DNA of 64,000 nucleotides, taken from contig NC_091469.1 of the NCBI RefSeq assembly GCF_036971445.1, forward strand, positions 159,526,001 to 159,590,000, written 5' to 3'. Positions 1-13,575 of this stretch are shown piece by piece; position 1 is the first letter of the stretch; the number at the start of each line of letters is the position of its first letter. Below the pieces are notes generated by a model. It saw nothing but the letters and a program-made list of their open reading frames with translations. It was not told the origin of the DNA and searched no databases. The stretch is from Narcine bancroftii. Its lineage: Eukaryota. The position numbers and the translations under genes were made by a program.

Positions 1-1032
1 TTAGTTGTATCTTCCTTCATTGCTAATTCTTTTTCTATATTTACTATTTCCCTTTCCAACTGCTCTGTTTCCTGATTATAGTCCTTCTTCATCTTGGTTA
101 CATAACTTATTATTTGCCCTCTAATGAATGCTTTCATTGCATCCCATAGTATAAACTTATCTTTCACTGATTCCGTATTTATTTCAAAATACATTTTAAT
201 TTGTCTTTCAATGAATTCTCTAAAATCCTGCCTTTTAAGTAGCATGGTGTTTAATCTCCATCTATACATTCTTGGAGGGATGTCCTCTTACTCTATAGTC
301 AATATTAAGGGTGAATCGTCCGATAATATTCTAGCTTTATATTCTGTTTTTCTTACTCTATCTTGCATACGAGCTGATAACAAAAATAGGTCTATTCTTG
401 AGTATGTTTTATGTCTACCCGAATAATATGAATATTCCTTTTCCTTTGGGTGTTGTTTCCTCCATATATCCAAAAGTTGCATTTCTTCCATCGATTTAAT
501 TATAAATTTGGTTATTTTGTTCTTTCTGTTAATTTTTTTCCCAGCTTTGTCCATATTTGAATCCAAATTCAGGTTGAAATCCCCTCCTATTAATATGTTC
601 CCTTGCGTGTCTGCTATCTTCAAAAAAATATCTCGCATAAACTTTTGATCTTCTTCGTTAGGTGAATATACATTGAGTAGATTCCAAAACTCCGAATATA
701 TCTGACATTTTATCATTACATATCTCCCTGCTGGATCTATTATTTCCTCTTCTATTTTAATTGTTACATTTTTACTGATTAAATTAGCTACTCCTCTAGC
801 TTTTGAATTATATGACGCTGCTGTTACATGTCCTACCCAATCTCTCTTTAATTTCTTATGCTCCATTTCAGTTAAATGTGTTTCTTGCACGAATGCTATA
901 TCAATTTTTTCTTTTTTCAGTAAATTTAGCAGTTTCTTCCTTTTAATTTGGTTATGTATTCCGTTAATATTTAAAGTCATATAGTTCAACGTAGCCATTT
1001 CATACTTTGTTTATCTTCCCTTTCCGTTTCCT
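1..1032 (-). mobile_element. L1/Tx1-clade LINE, 5' part of ORF2 (APE endonuclease), running off the window to the left
   Basis: ORF 288..998: TLNINGI, VQETH, NVYSPN, IGGDFN, YSRIDLFL, SDD motifs. Premature TAA at 288; AT-rich L1-like sequence continues to base 1. Truncated just upstream of the ORF2 ATG. Confidence 0.93.
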
Positions 1033-2100
1033 AGAGGGTCAGGGTTGATATACCTTCAACAGGGATGATACAGGCTGGAGGGGCTCAGGGTGGTTATACC
1101 TACGACAGCGGAGATACAGGCTGGAGATGCTCAGGGTGGTTATACCTACAGTAGGGGAAATACAGGCTGGAGGAGCTCAGGGCTGTTATACTGATAACAG
1201 GGGAGATTCAGACAAGTGAGGATCTGGGATGTTATTCCTACAACAGGGCAGATGCAGACTGGAGGGTCTCAGGGTAGTTATACCTACAACAGCCAAGATT
1301 CAGGCAGGAGGGGCTCAGGGCTGTTATACCGACAAGAGGGGAGATACAGGTAGGTCAGTCTAAGGGCAGTTATACCTACAACAGGGTAGATATAGACAGA
1401 AGGGTCTCAGGGGGGGTATAACTACAACAGGGGAAATACAGACTGGAGGGGTTCAGTGTACTTATACCTACAACAGGGGAGATTCAGACAGGAGAGGGTC
1501 AGGGTGGATATACCTACAACAGAGATGATACAGGCTGGAGGGGCTCAGGGTGGTTATACCTACAACAGGGAAGATACTGACAGGAGAGGCTCAGGGTGGA
1601 TATACCTACAACGGGTGAGATATAGGCTGGAGGGGCTCAGCGTGGTTATACCGACAACAGCGGAGATACAGGCGGGAGGGCCTCAGGGCTGTTATACCTA
1701 CAACAGGGGAGATACAGACAGGAGGGTCTCATGATGGTTATACAGACATCAGGGGATATACAGGCTTGAGGGGCTTAGGGTGGATCTACCTACTACAGGG
1801 AAGTCACAGGCTGGAGGGGCTATATCTAGGCAGGAGGGTCAGGCTGGTTTTACCTAAGACAGGGAAGACACTGACAGGAGAGGCCCAGGGTAGTTATACC
1901 GACAACAGGGGAGATACGGGCTGGAGGAACTCTGGGTGGTTATACCTACAACAGGGGAAATACAGACAGCAGGGTCTGAGGGTGGTTATACCTACAACAG
2001 GGGAGATACTGGCTGGAGGTTCGCAGGGTGGTTATTCCGACAACAGGGGAGATGCAGGCTGGAGGGGCTCATGGCGATTATACCTACAACAGGTGGAGAT
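1033..2100 (+). repeat. 46-bp tandem satellite (~23 units), G-rich orientation
   Basis: Consensus GGTGGTTATACCTACAACAGGGGAGATACAGGCTGGAGGGGCTCAG; TGGTTATACC recurs at 1091 and 1137 (period 46). Confidence 0.95.
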
Positions 2101-2469
2101 AAGGACGGTACGTTCCTTAAGAAACACGGATAACCACTGATGGGAGAGGATTGGAGGGGAATGGGCCTGATGCTGGCATGTGGGACTAAAAGCAGGAAGG
2201 CAGGTTGTTCAACATAGACAGGCTGTGTCTGCTGGCCTGGTTCCCTGCTGTCAGACTGTAGGAGTCTCGCATTGAGGGGAGAGGACGGGACAGTGGGGAG
2301 AATGCTTGTGACCAGGCAGCGGATAGTCGAGTGTTCAGCTCGGGCTGACTGCCTGGCCCTCTCCTGAGGACATCTGTGTGTCCCTGGAGAAGGAGCACTC
2401 AGTGCTCACGGACAGTTTGGAGCGTCTCCAGAAATGGTTGGCTCCCCTAAGGGTTCACCAGATATGAGC

Positions 2470-2760
2470 CATAATAGACCCATCGGCCCATCGAGTCTAT
2501 GCCACCATTCTAATCATGAGCTGATCCATCCTTTCATTCACCCCCACTCCCCAGCCTTCTCCCCATAATCCTAGATGCCCTGACTCATCATATCCCAGTT
2601 GATCTCTGTTTTAAATACCACCAACGACCTGGCTTCCACATCTGCCTGTGGCAACAAGTTCCATAGACACACAACCCTCTGCCTAACAAAATTTCTCCAC
2701 ATATCAGTTTTCAATGGATACTCTTTTATCCTGAAGTTGTTCCCTCTTGCCCTTGACTCC
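2470..2760 (-). mobile_element. CR1 LINE 3' fragment
   Basis: ORF 2571..2762 RARGNNFRI...RNFVRQRVVCLWNLLP (CR1 C-terminus), followed by 3' UTR. Confidence 0.8.
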
Positions 2761-2829
2761 ATGTATTAACAGAGATAATCTTGTTGGAATTTGTATTTTA
2801 GGTTGTAAACTTTAAATTTTATTTTATTT

Positions 2830-3055
2830 TATTTTGATATACAGCGCGATAACAGGCCTTTCAGCCCCACAAGCTCGTGCTGCCCAATTACAACCCTCCC
2901 AGCCACATTTGTTTGAATGGTGGGAAGAAATTGGAGCCCCAGGGAAATCTCACACGGACAAGAAGAGAAGGAACAAACTCCTTACAGACAGCGTGGGATA
3001 AAATCCCCTGTCCTGATCGCTGGCAGTGGAAAAGCGTTGCACTACCTGCTACGTC
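2830..3055 (-). mobile_element. tRNA-derived V-SINE/HE1-like SINE
   Basis: Reverse complement carries the CTGTCTGTAAGGAGTTTG...TTCTTCCCACC core shared with copies at 16878, 23030, 24627 and 42480. Confidence 0.65.
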
Positions 3056-3069
3056 AAATGTGCCGTTAT

Positions 3070-3430
3070 GACACCAGAAACCCTGGCAAATTTCTGCAGG
3101 TGTCGGGTGGAAAATGTGCTGACCGGCTGTATCATGGTCTGATATGGTGACACCAATACACCTGAGTGTAAAGCTCTCCAAAATGTAGTGGACACAGCCC
3201 AGGACGTCACAGGCAAATCCCTCCCCACTATTGAGAACATCTATATAGAACGCAGCCATCGGAGAGCAGCAGGAATCATCAAGGATCCACACCTCCCAGC
3301 ACACGCTCTGTTCTCGCCGCTGCCATCAGGAGAGAGGTCTCGGTGCCACAGGACTCGTACCCCCAGGTTCAGGAACAGCTGCTCCCCCTCCACCATCAGA
3401 CTCCTCAACAACAAACTCAGAGACTCACTT
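3070..3430 (+). mobile_element. Rex1/Babar LINE 3' fragment
   Basis: KDPHLPAHALFSPLPSGERSR...RFRNSCSPSTIRLLN, the typical Rex1/Babar C-terminus. Confidence 0.8.
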
Positions 3431-3440
3431 AAGAACTCTT

Positions 3441-4955
3441 TAACATAACATATAACATAACATAACAATTACAGCACGGAAACAGGCCATTAGGCCCTTC
3501 TAGTCCACACCGAACCAAGCACTCCTCTCGAGTCCCACCTACCTGCACAATGACCATAACCCTCCACCTTCTTCTCATCCATATACTTGTCCAGCTTTTT
3601 CTTAAATAATAAAATTGACTCTGCCACCACTATTTCTCCCGGAAGCTCATTCCACACCGCTACCACTCTCTGAGTCAAGAAGTTCCCCCTCATGTTACCT
3701 CTAAACCTCTGCCCCTTAACTCTTAACGCATGTCCTCTTGTTTCAATCTCTCCTACTCTTAATGGAAATAGTCTATCCACATCCACTCTGTCTATCCCTT
3801 TCATAATCTTAAATACTTCTATCAAATCCCCTCTCAACCTTCTACGCTCCAAAGAATAAAGACCTAATCTGTCCAATCTCTCCCTATACTCTAGATGCTT
3901 AAACCCAGGTAACATTCTGGTAAACCTTCTCTGCACTCTCTCCACTCTGTTTATATCCTTCCTATAATTAGGCGACCAGAACTGCACACAGAACTCCAAA
4001 TTAGGCCGCACCAACGTCTTATACAATCTCAACATCACCTCCCAACTCCTATATTCCATGCAATGATTGATAAAGGCCAGCATACTAAAAGCCTTCTTCA
4101 CCACCCTATTCACGTGAGTTTCTACCTTCAGGGAACGATGTACCGTCACTCCTAAATCTTTCTGCTCTTCTGTATTTCTCAATGCTCTCCCATTTACCAC
4201 GTATGTCCTATTCTGATTCTTCTTACCAAAATGAAGCACCTCACACTTATCAGCATTAAATTCCATCTGCCATTTTTCAGCCCACTTTTCTAAGCAGCCC
4301 AAATCCCTCTGCAATCCTTGAAAACCTTCTTCATTATGCACTATTCCACCTATCTTAGTATCATCTGCATATTTACTAATCCAATTCACCACCCCATCAT
4401 CTAGATCATTAATGTATATAACGAACAACAATGGGCCCAATACAGATCCTTGAGGCACACCACTGGTCACCGGCCTCCAACCTGACAGACAATTATCCAC
4501 TACCACTCTCTGGCCTCTCCCTTTCAGCCAATGTTCAATCCATTTGACTATCTTAAAATTTATACCTAAAGACTGCACCTTCCTAACTAACCTTCCATGT
4601 GGTACCTTATCGAAGGCCTTACTGAAGTCCATATAGACAACATCCACTGTGCTACCCTCATCCACATTCCTAGTCACCTCTTCAAAAAATTCAATCAGAT
4701 TGGTCAAACATGACCTTCCTCCCACAAATCCATGTTGAGTGCTCCTGATCAGACCCTGTCTATCCAGGTATTTATAAGTACTATCTCTAAGAACTTTCTC
4801 CATTAATTTACCTACCACAGACGTCAAACTTACAGGCCGATAATTGCCAGGCTTCCTCATTGAACCCTTTTTAAATAGCGGAACCACATGCGCAATGCGC
4901 CAATCCTCCGGCACTATCCCCATATCTAATGACATTTGGAAAATTACCGTCAGAC
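3441..4955 (-). mobile_element. Young 5'-truncated CR1 LINE, RT and C-terminus uninterrupted
   Basis: 490-aa ORF with NYRPVSLTS, DFSKAFDKVPH, SGVPQGSVLGP, YADD; (TGTTA)n-type tail at 3441-3467. Confidence 0.96.
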
Positions 4956-5789
4956 AGTCCAAACCCTCGGCAGCCCAATCTCCAGATGCACATCTCCAAC
5001 ATGGTCAGGAAACCTCCAGCGCCCTCAGCACCCACTCACATCCCAGTTCTGATACCTGGTACCCCTTCTGTCGGTCTCCAGCTGGTCTCCAGAAGTCCAC
5101 AGCCTGGTGTGAGACCCTCAACCACGGTCACCAGCAGCCACAGCCTCCGTGGACTCCTCTCCTCGGGTCACCATGTATGACTCTGAACATTATTTATTAC
5201 TGAATATTTATTTCCTGTATCGTACAGTTTGTTTACACGTCCTTCTTGTTTACAGTTCTCCCTTTCTGCATCTTTCCTTGAGTCCAGGTTTTTTCACCAC
5301 TGATAATAGAAATTCTGCCTGCCTTGCAGGAATAAGAATCTCAGGGTTGTACGTGATGCCACATCTGTTCTCTGACAATACACCTGAACTCAAAGAATAT
5401 ACTCCAGAACAAAATAAACAGGAGCAGGATGCGGCCATTCGGCCTGTTGAGCCTGTTCCGCCGTTCAATGCGATCACGGCTGATCTGGTCATGGACTCAA
5501 CTCCACTTACCCAGCTGTTCCTCACAAACCTTAACTCCCCGACAGTGTAAAAATCAACCTGTGTCGTAAATAGAGGCCACCTCTAGTGGTTCATTGTCTT
5601 GTGATTCACGACTCTCTGGAAAAAGCAGTTCCTCCTCATCTCTGTCTTAAATCTGCACGTTTTAAAGTTGACATACATTTTGTATATCACGCTTTAAAAT
5701 ATTATTTTGTGACAATAAAAGGAACCTTGAAATCTGCAGCCCTATATCGTGAGGTAACGTCCCCTCATTCTCGTCTCATTTCCCATCCT

Positions 5790-5930
5790 ATTCCCTTGCT
5801 GACATGTCTGTTCACGGCCTCATGCACGGTCGGACTGAGACCAGCCGCAAATTGGAGATTCACACCTCATCTTCCATCCAGGCACCCTCCAACCCAATGG
5901 CACCAACATTGACTTCTCTGGTTTCCATTA
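5790..5930 (+). mobile_element. Penelope-like element, GIY-YIG C-terminal fragment
   Basis: DMSVHGLMH...RKLE... similar to copies at 17190 and 22545. Confidence 0.6.
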
Positions 5931-6049
5931 AACACACCACCACCTCCATCTTTGTCCCCCTGACTCCTTTTCTCTTTCTCTGTCTCCGTCCCTCTCCCCT
6001 TTTCGCCCTGTCACTTTACACAGAACCAACATCAATTCTCACCTGCCCT

Positions 6050-6510
6050 TTTGTTTTGAAAATTTTATTTATACATCATAATAAATCATACAACCAGAGT
6101 ACAATCCAAAACATAATTCTTTATCCCATATAAACCCTGGCCTCGACCCTCTCCCACCCACCCTTCCCAACCCCCCTCTAAACTAACTGAAAGGAAGAGG
6201 AGATGAAAACATTTTTCCCTTCGATTATTGGCCCTGGATTGGGTCAACACCATCAATGCATTGGAAAGAAAATATTAATAATTAAATCACATCTATTCCA
6301 TATACAGGCTCCAAGTTTTAACAAAAAGGGAACAATTATTTTGTAAATTGTATGTTATTTTTTGCAATTGGATACAAAACCTCATTTCCAAATGCCATCT
6401 TTCAATACTCAAATTAGTTTCATTTTTAAGTAATTGCGAGACATTTTTTAACCACCCTAAAGTCAATCTTAAAAATGCAATTTGAAATTTATCTAATTTT
6501 AACTCCAAAT
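6050..6510 (-). mobile_element. L1/Tx1 3' end fragment
   Basis: ORF 6293..6508 (LDKFQIAFLRL...KITYNL...W) matches the C-terminus of the L1 at 62310; AATAAA and A-tail on minus near 6055-6070. Confidence 0.75.
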
Positions 6511-7429
6511 TTTTGAATCCCCACCCCCACCACCAACTGCCATGGAATGTCCCAAGTTCTGAACGATAAGGTTAGCAGAGAAGGTGAGAAAGAAAGGAGG
6601 CAGGGAGGTCAACAGAAAACACCTACTGTACCCCTGGATGGGAACCGACAGCAAGAGGACTTGAACGACACAGGTACCTACCATGTTGACCCATGTTGAA
6701 GTATGTATGACCCACGTAAAGTTCGACCTCCCCCCCACATTTGATCCGAAAATTTGGACCTAAAAAGTGGACTATTACACGAGTATATCCGGTTATTTTA
6801 TTTTATTTTTTCACTACCTGCTGAACTGTGTCAATGGATAGCACATAAAACAAAGCTTTTCACTGCATCTGGGAACATTGGAAACATTAATTCAATACAC
6901 TGCAGCCAAAAGCTTTCCCCATAACCAGGGAGGACCAAGGCAGGAAGCCTGAAGATGAACACCCAGTGGTACAGAAACAGCTTCTTCCCCTCCGCCATCA
7001 GATTTCTGAACAGACGATGATCCACAGACACAGCCTCACCTTCTCCTCTTGTCCACTAATTTATTTATTGTTTAAATTTCATTTGTAGCAATATGTGCAA
7101 CTAATGCTGCCCCAATACAACAAATTTCGTAACGTTCATGACATTATAGCACGACCAAAACAGGGCCACCCTCCTCACCCTGGTTTTCCCGTCAAAGCCT
7201 TTCCCCCACCATGGAAATTCCAAAGTCCCAACCGCAACGTTAACAGAGACGATACAGAAAAAGACCTACTGAAACCCTGGACGGAGATCGACAGCAGGAC
7301 CCCACAGAGACAGACCCACTGAAAGCTCATCACCAACGTTTCAGTGTCGACTTCTCTCAGCAAAATAATTCTTATTTTCCCACATTCAAAAATAGATGTG
7401 GTTGCAAATGTTTCTTCACTTCCTACCGT

Positions 7430-7870
7430 GGACACACATCATCTACTCATGTGTTCAGGAAGGTACAACAGTGACTGCGCTTCCTGAGAAGACTGAAGTG
7501 GGCAAGGCTACCAGCCACCATTATGTCATCCTTCTACAGGAGCTCTATCGAGGGTGTCCTGTTGGCTGGATCACGATGGGGTACAGTTGCTGATGAGAAA
7601 TGGAACGGAGGTCAATCCACGTGATCATAATTGTGGCAGAGAGGATCAGTGGAGTTTCCTTCCCCACCCCACATTGACGAGATCTACTGGGATTGTTGTT
7701 TGAAGTGGGTGCATGAAATCATTGAGAACCCCTTCCACCCTGCACACAGCATCTTTCAGCTGTTCCTATCAGGGAAGAGATACAGGAGGATCAGAGCCAG
7801 AACCACCAGGCTGAGGAACAGCTTCTTCCCACGGGCAGTGAGAATGCTGGACGACCAAAGGAACTGATCA
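7430..7870 (+). mobile_element. Rex1/Babar LINE 3' fragment
   Basis: HPAHSIFQLFLSGKRYRRIRARTTRLRNSFFPRAVRML. Confidence 0.8.
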
Positions 7871-8084
7871 CGCTGACCATCCGAGATTCTCACTTAGACA
7901 AAACAATATTAATTTATCTTTATCGAGGAAGTAAAAAGTTAGGTTCTACTTGTACAATCAGACAACAATAAACTTGACTTGACGAGACTTATCTTTGCCA
8001 TATAAAGGAGACTCTTTGACCAGCTGAGTTTCTCCAGCATCGGGTTTTTACTTCAACCGTGGTGTCTGCACTTTTGTGTTTTAC

Positions 8085-8400
8085 CCTCTGATTGAGTTTG
8101 TGGTTGAGGAGTCTGATGGTGGAGGGGGAGCAGCTGTTCCTGAACCTGGTGGAGCGGGACTTGTGGAACCGAGACCTCTCTCCTGATGGCTGCAGAGAGA
8201 ACAGAGCATGTGCTGGGTGGTGTGGACCCTCAATGACTGCTGCTCCTCTCTGATGGAAGCGTTCCCTGTAGATTTTGAAGTGGGTGGGGAGGGTTTGGCC
8301 TGTGATTTGCTGGGTCCATGATCTTTTGCGGGGCTTTCCACTCAGAGTTCTTGGTGACCCCATACCAGACCATGATCCGACTTCCAAGAATTGCATCATG
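8085..8400 (-). mobile_element. Rex1/Babar LINE 3' fragment
   Basis: HHPAHALFSLQPSGERSR...RFRNSCSPSTIRLLN; same subfamily as 3070. Confidence 0.8.
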
Positions 8401-8719
8401 GTGCACTTTAGTGGATCCACCTGTCAAATCTCCGCCTGACTTTCCAACTGTTTTGCCTCCTGATGTCTCCTTCAACAGCCTTTCATGGGTTGGAATGTTC
8501 ACCCCGTGTCTGTGTGGGTTTTCCCTGGGGCCTCCCGTTTCCTTCCAGCATTCTAAACGTATCAGGGGCGTAAGTTAATTGTGTGTAAATTGGGTGGCAT
8601 GGACTCGTGGGCCAAAATGACCTGTAACTGTGTGTATGTCTATAAGAAATGAATAAATTACTAACCTGCTATTAAAGAAATGTGAGAGGGTACATCAAAA
8701 AGCAAGGTCACATGATCTT

Positions 8720-9630
8720 AAGACACGAGCAGAAATACACCATTCAGCCCATCGAGTCAGCCCCACCATTTAATCATGTGCTGATCCATTTTCCCACTCA
8801 GCCACACTGCCCGGCCTCTCCCATAACCTTTAAAGCCCTGGCTAATCAATAAGCTATCAATCTCTGCCTTAAATACACCTCAATGACCTGGCCTCCCCAA
8901 CCAACTGTGGCAAAAAATTCCACAGATTCATCACCCTCTGGCTGAAGAAATTCTTACGGGTCTCTGTTCTCAGTGGACACCCTTCAATCCTAAAGCTGTG
9001 CCCTCTTGTCCAAGACTCTCCCACTGTGGGAAATAACCTTTCTACATCTACTCTGTCCATGCATTTCAACATTTGAAATATTTAAATGAGATTCCCCCTC
9101 ACACCCTCACATTCTTCATAATTCCAATGAGTACAGACCAAGAACTGTCAAATGTTCCTCAAATTGTAACCCTTTCATTCTCTGAATCATCCTTGTGAAC
9201 CTCCCCTGAATCCTCTCCAATGTCAGCACATCTTTTCTTAAATGAGGAGTCTAAAACTGCTCACAATTCTCCAAGTGAGGTCTTTCCAGGGCCTTATAAA
9301 CCTCAACATCACATCCCTGCTCTTGTATTTGATTCCTCTTGAAATGAACGGCAGCATCGCATTGGCCTTCTTCACCACCACCTCAACCTGCAAGTTCATC
9401 TTCAGACGATACTGCACGAGGACTCCCAGTCTCTCTACATCTGAGTATCTTCCATTTTCTCCCCATTTATACAATAATTTGCTCATTTATTTTTTCATGA
9501 CTGTACACTTTGTGACATCTCTGCGCATTCTCCTCTGTCCGAGTCCTTCTGCAACCTCCCTGCTTCCCCAACACTGCTAGCTCCTCCTTTGTATCAACTG
9601 CAAACTTGACCACAAAGCCCTTAATTCCAT
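8720..9630 (-). mobile_element. Degenerate CR1 3' portion
   Basis: ORFs 8869..9072 and 9238..9486 (VVKKANAML, RKNFFSQRVMNLWN). Confidence 0.85.
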
Positions 9631-10189
9631 GACCAACAAACAAAGCTCCCGGCAAGGAATGCACCAAAGTTCACGTTAATTCTCACCGGTTCTGAGATGT
9701 TGAGATGTTCTTTTACAGGCTGGCCTGTTGGATATCTCATACATAGTACAATGAATAAGATATAGTACAGAAAATCAGCCTATCAATTCTTCCCCACCAT
9801 TCAGCCCCACTGCCCGGCCTTCTCACCACTGTCTGGTTTTCTCCCCATTGCCCAGCCTTTTCCCCATTGCCCGGCCTTTTACCCAATGACTGACCTTCTC
9901 CCCACTGCCCCGCCTTCTCCCTATAAACTTTAATACCCGGGGGAATCAAGATCCTGTCAATCTCTGCCTTAAATGCACCCAATTATGTTCAAAAGCAGAA
10001 TTGTGTTTAGAAACATACAGGATGTGGAAGCTCATTAAAGCCGTGAAACTGTTTTAAGAGGAAGTCAGAAGAGAGACAGGGTATTTCAAGAATGAGCCGA
10101 GAAAGCACTCGGAACATCGAAGCCCGAACCCCCAAAAGGAACAAAGGGACATGTTGCTGCAGCAATTAACGTTTGTCACACAAGCTACA

Positions 10190-10695
10190 AGAGCAGAAGT
10201 AGGCCAATTGGCCCATCGGGGCTGCTCTGCCATTTAATCATGAGCTGATCCTTATCACTCAGCCCCACTTCCCAGCCTTCTTCCCGTAACCCTTGATGCC
10301 CTGACTAATCATTTTAAATAAACCAAATGACTTTGCTTCCACCATCGCCTGTGGCAACAAGTTCCACAGACTCGCGACCCTCTGTCTAAAGACATTTCTC
10401 CGCATCACGGTTTTAAACTGACACCCTTTTATCCTGAAGTAGTGGCCCCTTGTCCTAGACTCCCCAGGATGGGAAACACCCTTTGCACATCTACTCTGTT
10501 CAGGCCTTTCCACATTGAAAATGTCTATGAATCCCCGCTCCTCCTTCTGTACTCCAACGAGTGCCGTCCAAGAGCTGACAAACGCTCCTCATTTGCTAAC
10601 TCTATTATTCCTGGTATCATTCTAGTAAATCTGCTCTGAAACCTCTCCAATGCCAGCACATCCTTTCTCAAATAAGGTACCAAAAACTGTACAAA
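10190..10695 (-). mobile_element. CR1 3' fragment
   Basis: ESRTRGHYFRI...RRNVFRQRVASLWNLLP. Confidence 0.8.
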
Positions 10696-11004
10696 AGACA
10701 GGTAGTCCCCGACTCACAACTCTCCCCACAAACGTGCAAATTTTTATAAATATATACACATAAAAAGAACATAAGATTTACATGGTTTATGTTGTATTTC
10801 ACAAACTATAACAGGGTTACAAGAACCAAGATGTGCGTACTTACCTTGTTAGTCAACATTCCGGATACTGAGGTTGGGCACGGCCATCTTGATTCCTGTG
10901 CAAATATGCGAGCCTTCAGACGGTGCATGCGCTGTGGGGTTCGCGTATTGGAGTTCGGTTGGCGCATGTGGGGGAATTAAGGATGTGATTTGAATATGGG
11001 CAAC

Positions 11005-13575
11005 ACAGAAACATAGAAGATAGGAGCAGGAGTAGGTCATTCGGCCCTTCGTGCCTGCTCCGCCATTCAATGAGATCATGGCTGATCTTAAAGTACAGTA
11101 TCCCGTCCCCGCCTTCTCTCTGTAACCCCTAATTCCCTTATACTGAAGAAATATATATAATTCCCTCTTAAATATATTCAATGAACCTGCCTCTACTGCC
11201 CTCTGTGGCAATGAATTCCACAGATTCACCACCCTCTGGGTAAAGAAATTCCTCCTCATCTCGGTCATAAATGGTGTACCTATTATCCTCAAACCATGGC
11301 CCCGGGTTCTGCACTCCCCCACCATTGGAAACATCCCTTTCGCATCCATTTTGTCCAGTCCTGCCAGAATTTTATATGTCTCTATGAGATCCACTCTCAA
11401 TCTTCTAAACTCCAGTGAGTACAATCTCAAATTGTGCAATCTTTCCTCCTAAGTTATTCCTGCCATTCCAGGTATCAGCCTTGTGAATCGCCTTTGCACT
11501 CCCTCCATTGCAAGAACATCCTTCCATAGATAAGGCGACAAAATCTGCACAAAATACTCCAGGTGGGGTCTCACCAAGGCTCTGTACAGCTGCAGTAAGG
11601 TATCCTTATTCCTATACTCAAACGCTCATGATATGAAGGGCAACATACCATTTGCCTTTTTAACCACCTGTTGTACCTGCATACTCGCCTTCAGTGACTG
11701 GTGCACAAGAACCCCTAGGTCTCTCTGCACTTCCCCATCTCCAAATCTATTGCCATTCAAATAGTAATCTGCCCTCCGGTTTGTATTACCAAAGTGGATA
11801 ACCTCACATTTATCCACATTGTAGTGCATTTGCCATGTTTCTGCCCAGTCCCTCAATTTATCCAAATCACACTGGAGCTTCCTGACCCCTTCTTCAATGC
11901 ACACAACCGCTCCGCGCTTAGTGTCGTCTGCAAATTTGGAGATATTACATCCAATCCCCTCATCTAGATCATTAATGTAAATTGTGAACAGCTGGGATCC
12001 CAGTACAGATCCCTGTGGCACCCCACTGGTCACCGCCTGCCACTCAGAAAATGAGCCGTTTATCCCAACTCTCTGTCTTCTATCTGCCATCCAGTTCTCA
12101 ATCCACATCAATACTTTGCCCCCAATCCCATGAGCCTTGATTTTGGAAGCCAGTCATTTATGTGGGACCTTATCAAAGGCCTTTTGGAAATCCAGGTACA
12201 CCACATCCACTGGCTCTCCCCCATCTATTTTACCTGTCACCATCTCAAAGAATTCCAATAGATTTGTCAAGCATGATTTACCTTTTGTAAATCCATGTTG
12301 ACTCTGTCCGATCCCTTCTCTGCTCGTCATATGCTCCGCAATTATATCCTTAATAATAAATTCCATCATTTTGCCCACTACTGATGTAAGGCTCACCGGC
12401 CTATAATTCCCCGCTTTTTCTCTACTTTTTAAATAGTGGGGTAACATTATCTACCCTCCAATCCATGGCTTCTGATCCTGAGTCTATTGAGTTCTGGAAA
12501 ATAATTCTTAAAGCATCTTCTATCTGAATGTCCACTTCTTTAAGTACCCTAGGATGTAGATTATCAGGCCCTTGGGATTTATTGGCCTTCAATCCCATCA
12601 ATTTCCCCAAGACCATGTCCTTAGAGATCCTGATTTCTTTCAGCCTCTCCCTTGCATTAGTCTCTATGTTTCCCAACATCCTTGGGAGGTTATTTGTATC
12701 CTCTCTTGTAAAAACAGAACTAACGTAGGAATTTAATTGGTCTGCCATTTCCTTATTCCCCAATATATATTCCTAAAGAAATCTCTTGGTGCCTGCCACA
12801 TTGACCACCGCCAGTGGGCTGATAACGCCTCAAACCGTGCATCTTGGCGCCTCACAGTTTGGCGGGCAGCAGCCTCCTTTGAAGAAGACCGCAGAGCCCA
12901 CCTCACTGACAAAAGGCAAAGGAGGAAAAACCCAACACCCAACCCCAACCAACCAATTTTCCCTTGCAACCGCTGCAATCGTGTCTGCCTGTCCCGCATC
13001 GGACTGGTCAGCCACAAACGAGCCTGCAGCTGACGTGGACTTTTTTACCCCCTCCATAAATCTTCGTCCGCGAAGCCAAGCCAAAGAAAAAAAAATATAT
13101 ATATTCCCCTGATTCTGACTGCAATTTCACCAATCTTTTCCTCTTGACATATTTATTAAAGTTTTTGCAGCTGGTTTTTATGTTTGCCGCAAGTTTAGTT
13201 TCATAATTTATTTTTGCCCTCTTGATTAATCCCTTTGTCCTCCTTTGGTGCATCTTGAACTGCTCCCAGTCTTCGGATTTGGTACTTTTTTTGGCCAATT
13301 GATATGCTCTCTCTTTGGACCTAATGGTGTCTCTAATTTCCCTTGTTATCCACGGTTGAGTCACCTTTTTTGGTTTATTTTTATGCCAAACCGGTATAAA
13401 CGATTTTTGCAATTTCTCCATTAGATCTGTGAATGCTTTCCAATGTCTATCCACAGTCAACTCCCCCATAAACACCACCAAATCAATCTTACTGAACTCC
13501 CGTCTCATACCATCATAATTCAATTTATTTAAATTCAGGACCTTAGTCTCAGTTTTAATTTCTTCATTCTCCATG
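11005..13575 (-). mobile_element. CR1 LINE, same subfamily as 53144-55120, interrupted by an RTE
   Basis: Broken ORFs 10849-13661 with RT motifs (DFQKAFDKVPH, SGVPQGS, FADD); closely similar to 53144-55120 in opposite orientation. Confidence 0.95.
12774..13096 (+). mobile_element. RTE-clade LINE 3' fragment inserted in CR1, 11-bp TSD
   Basis: LKKSLGACHIDHRQW...CNRCNRVCLSRIGLVSHKRAC, near-identical to 56167-56430; TSD ATATATATTCC at 12763-12773 and 13097-13107. Confidence 0.93.

Noticed and set aside
1456-2140. ORFs in the satellite (also 19720-21888)
   Set aside because: Translations of the 46-bp repeat cycling through frames; no splice or coding signal.
2186-2450. Possible minus-strand exon in unique DNA
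   Set aside because: Acceptor-like site only; no recognisable product or good donor.
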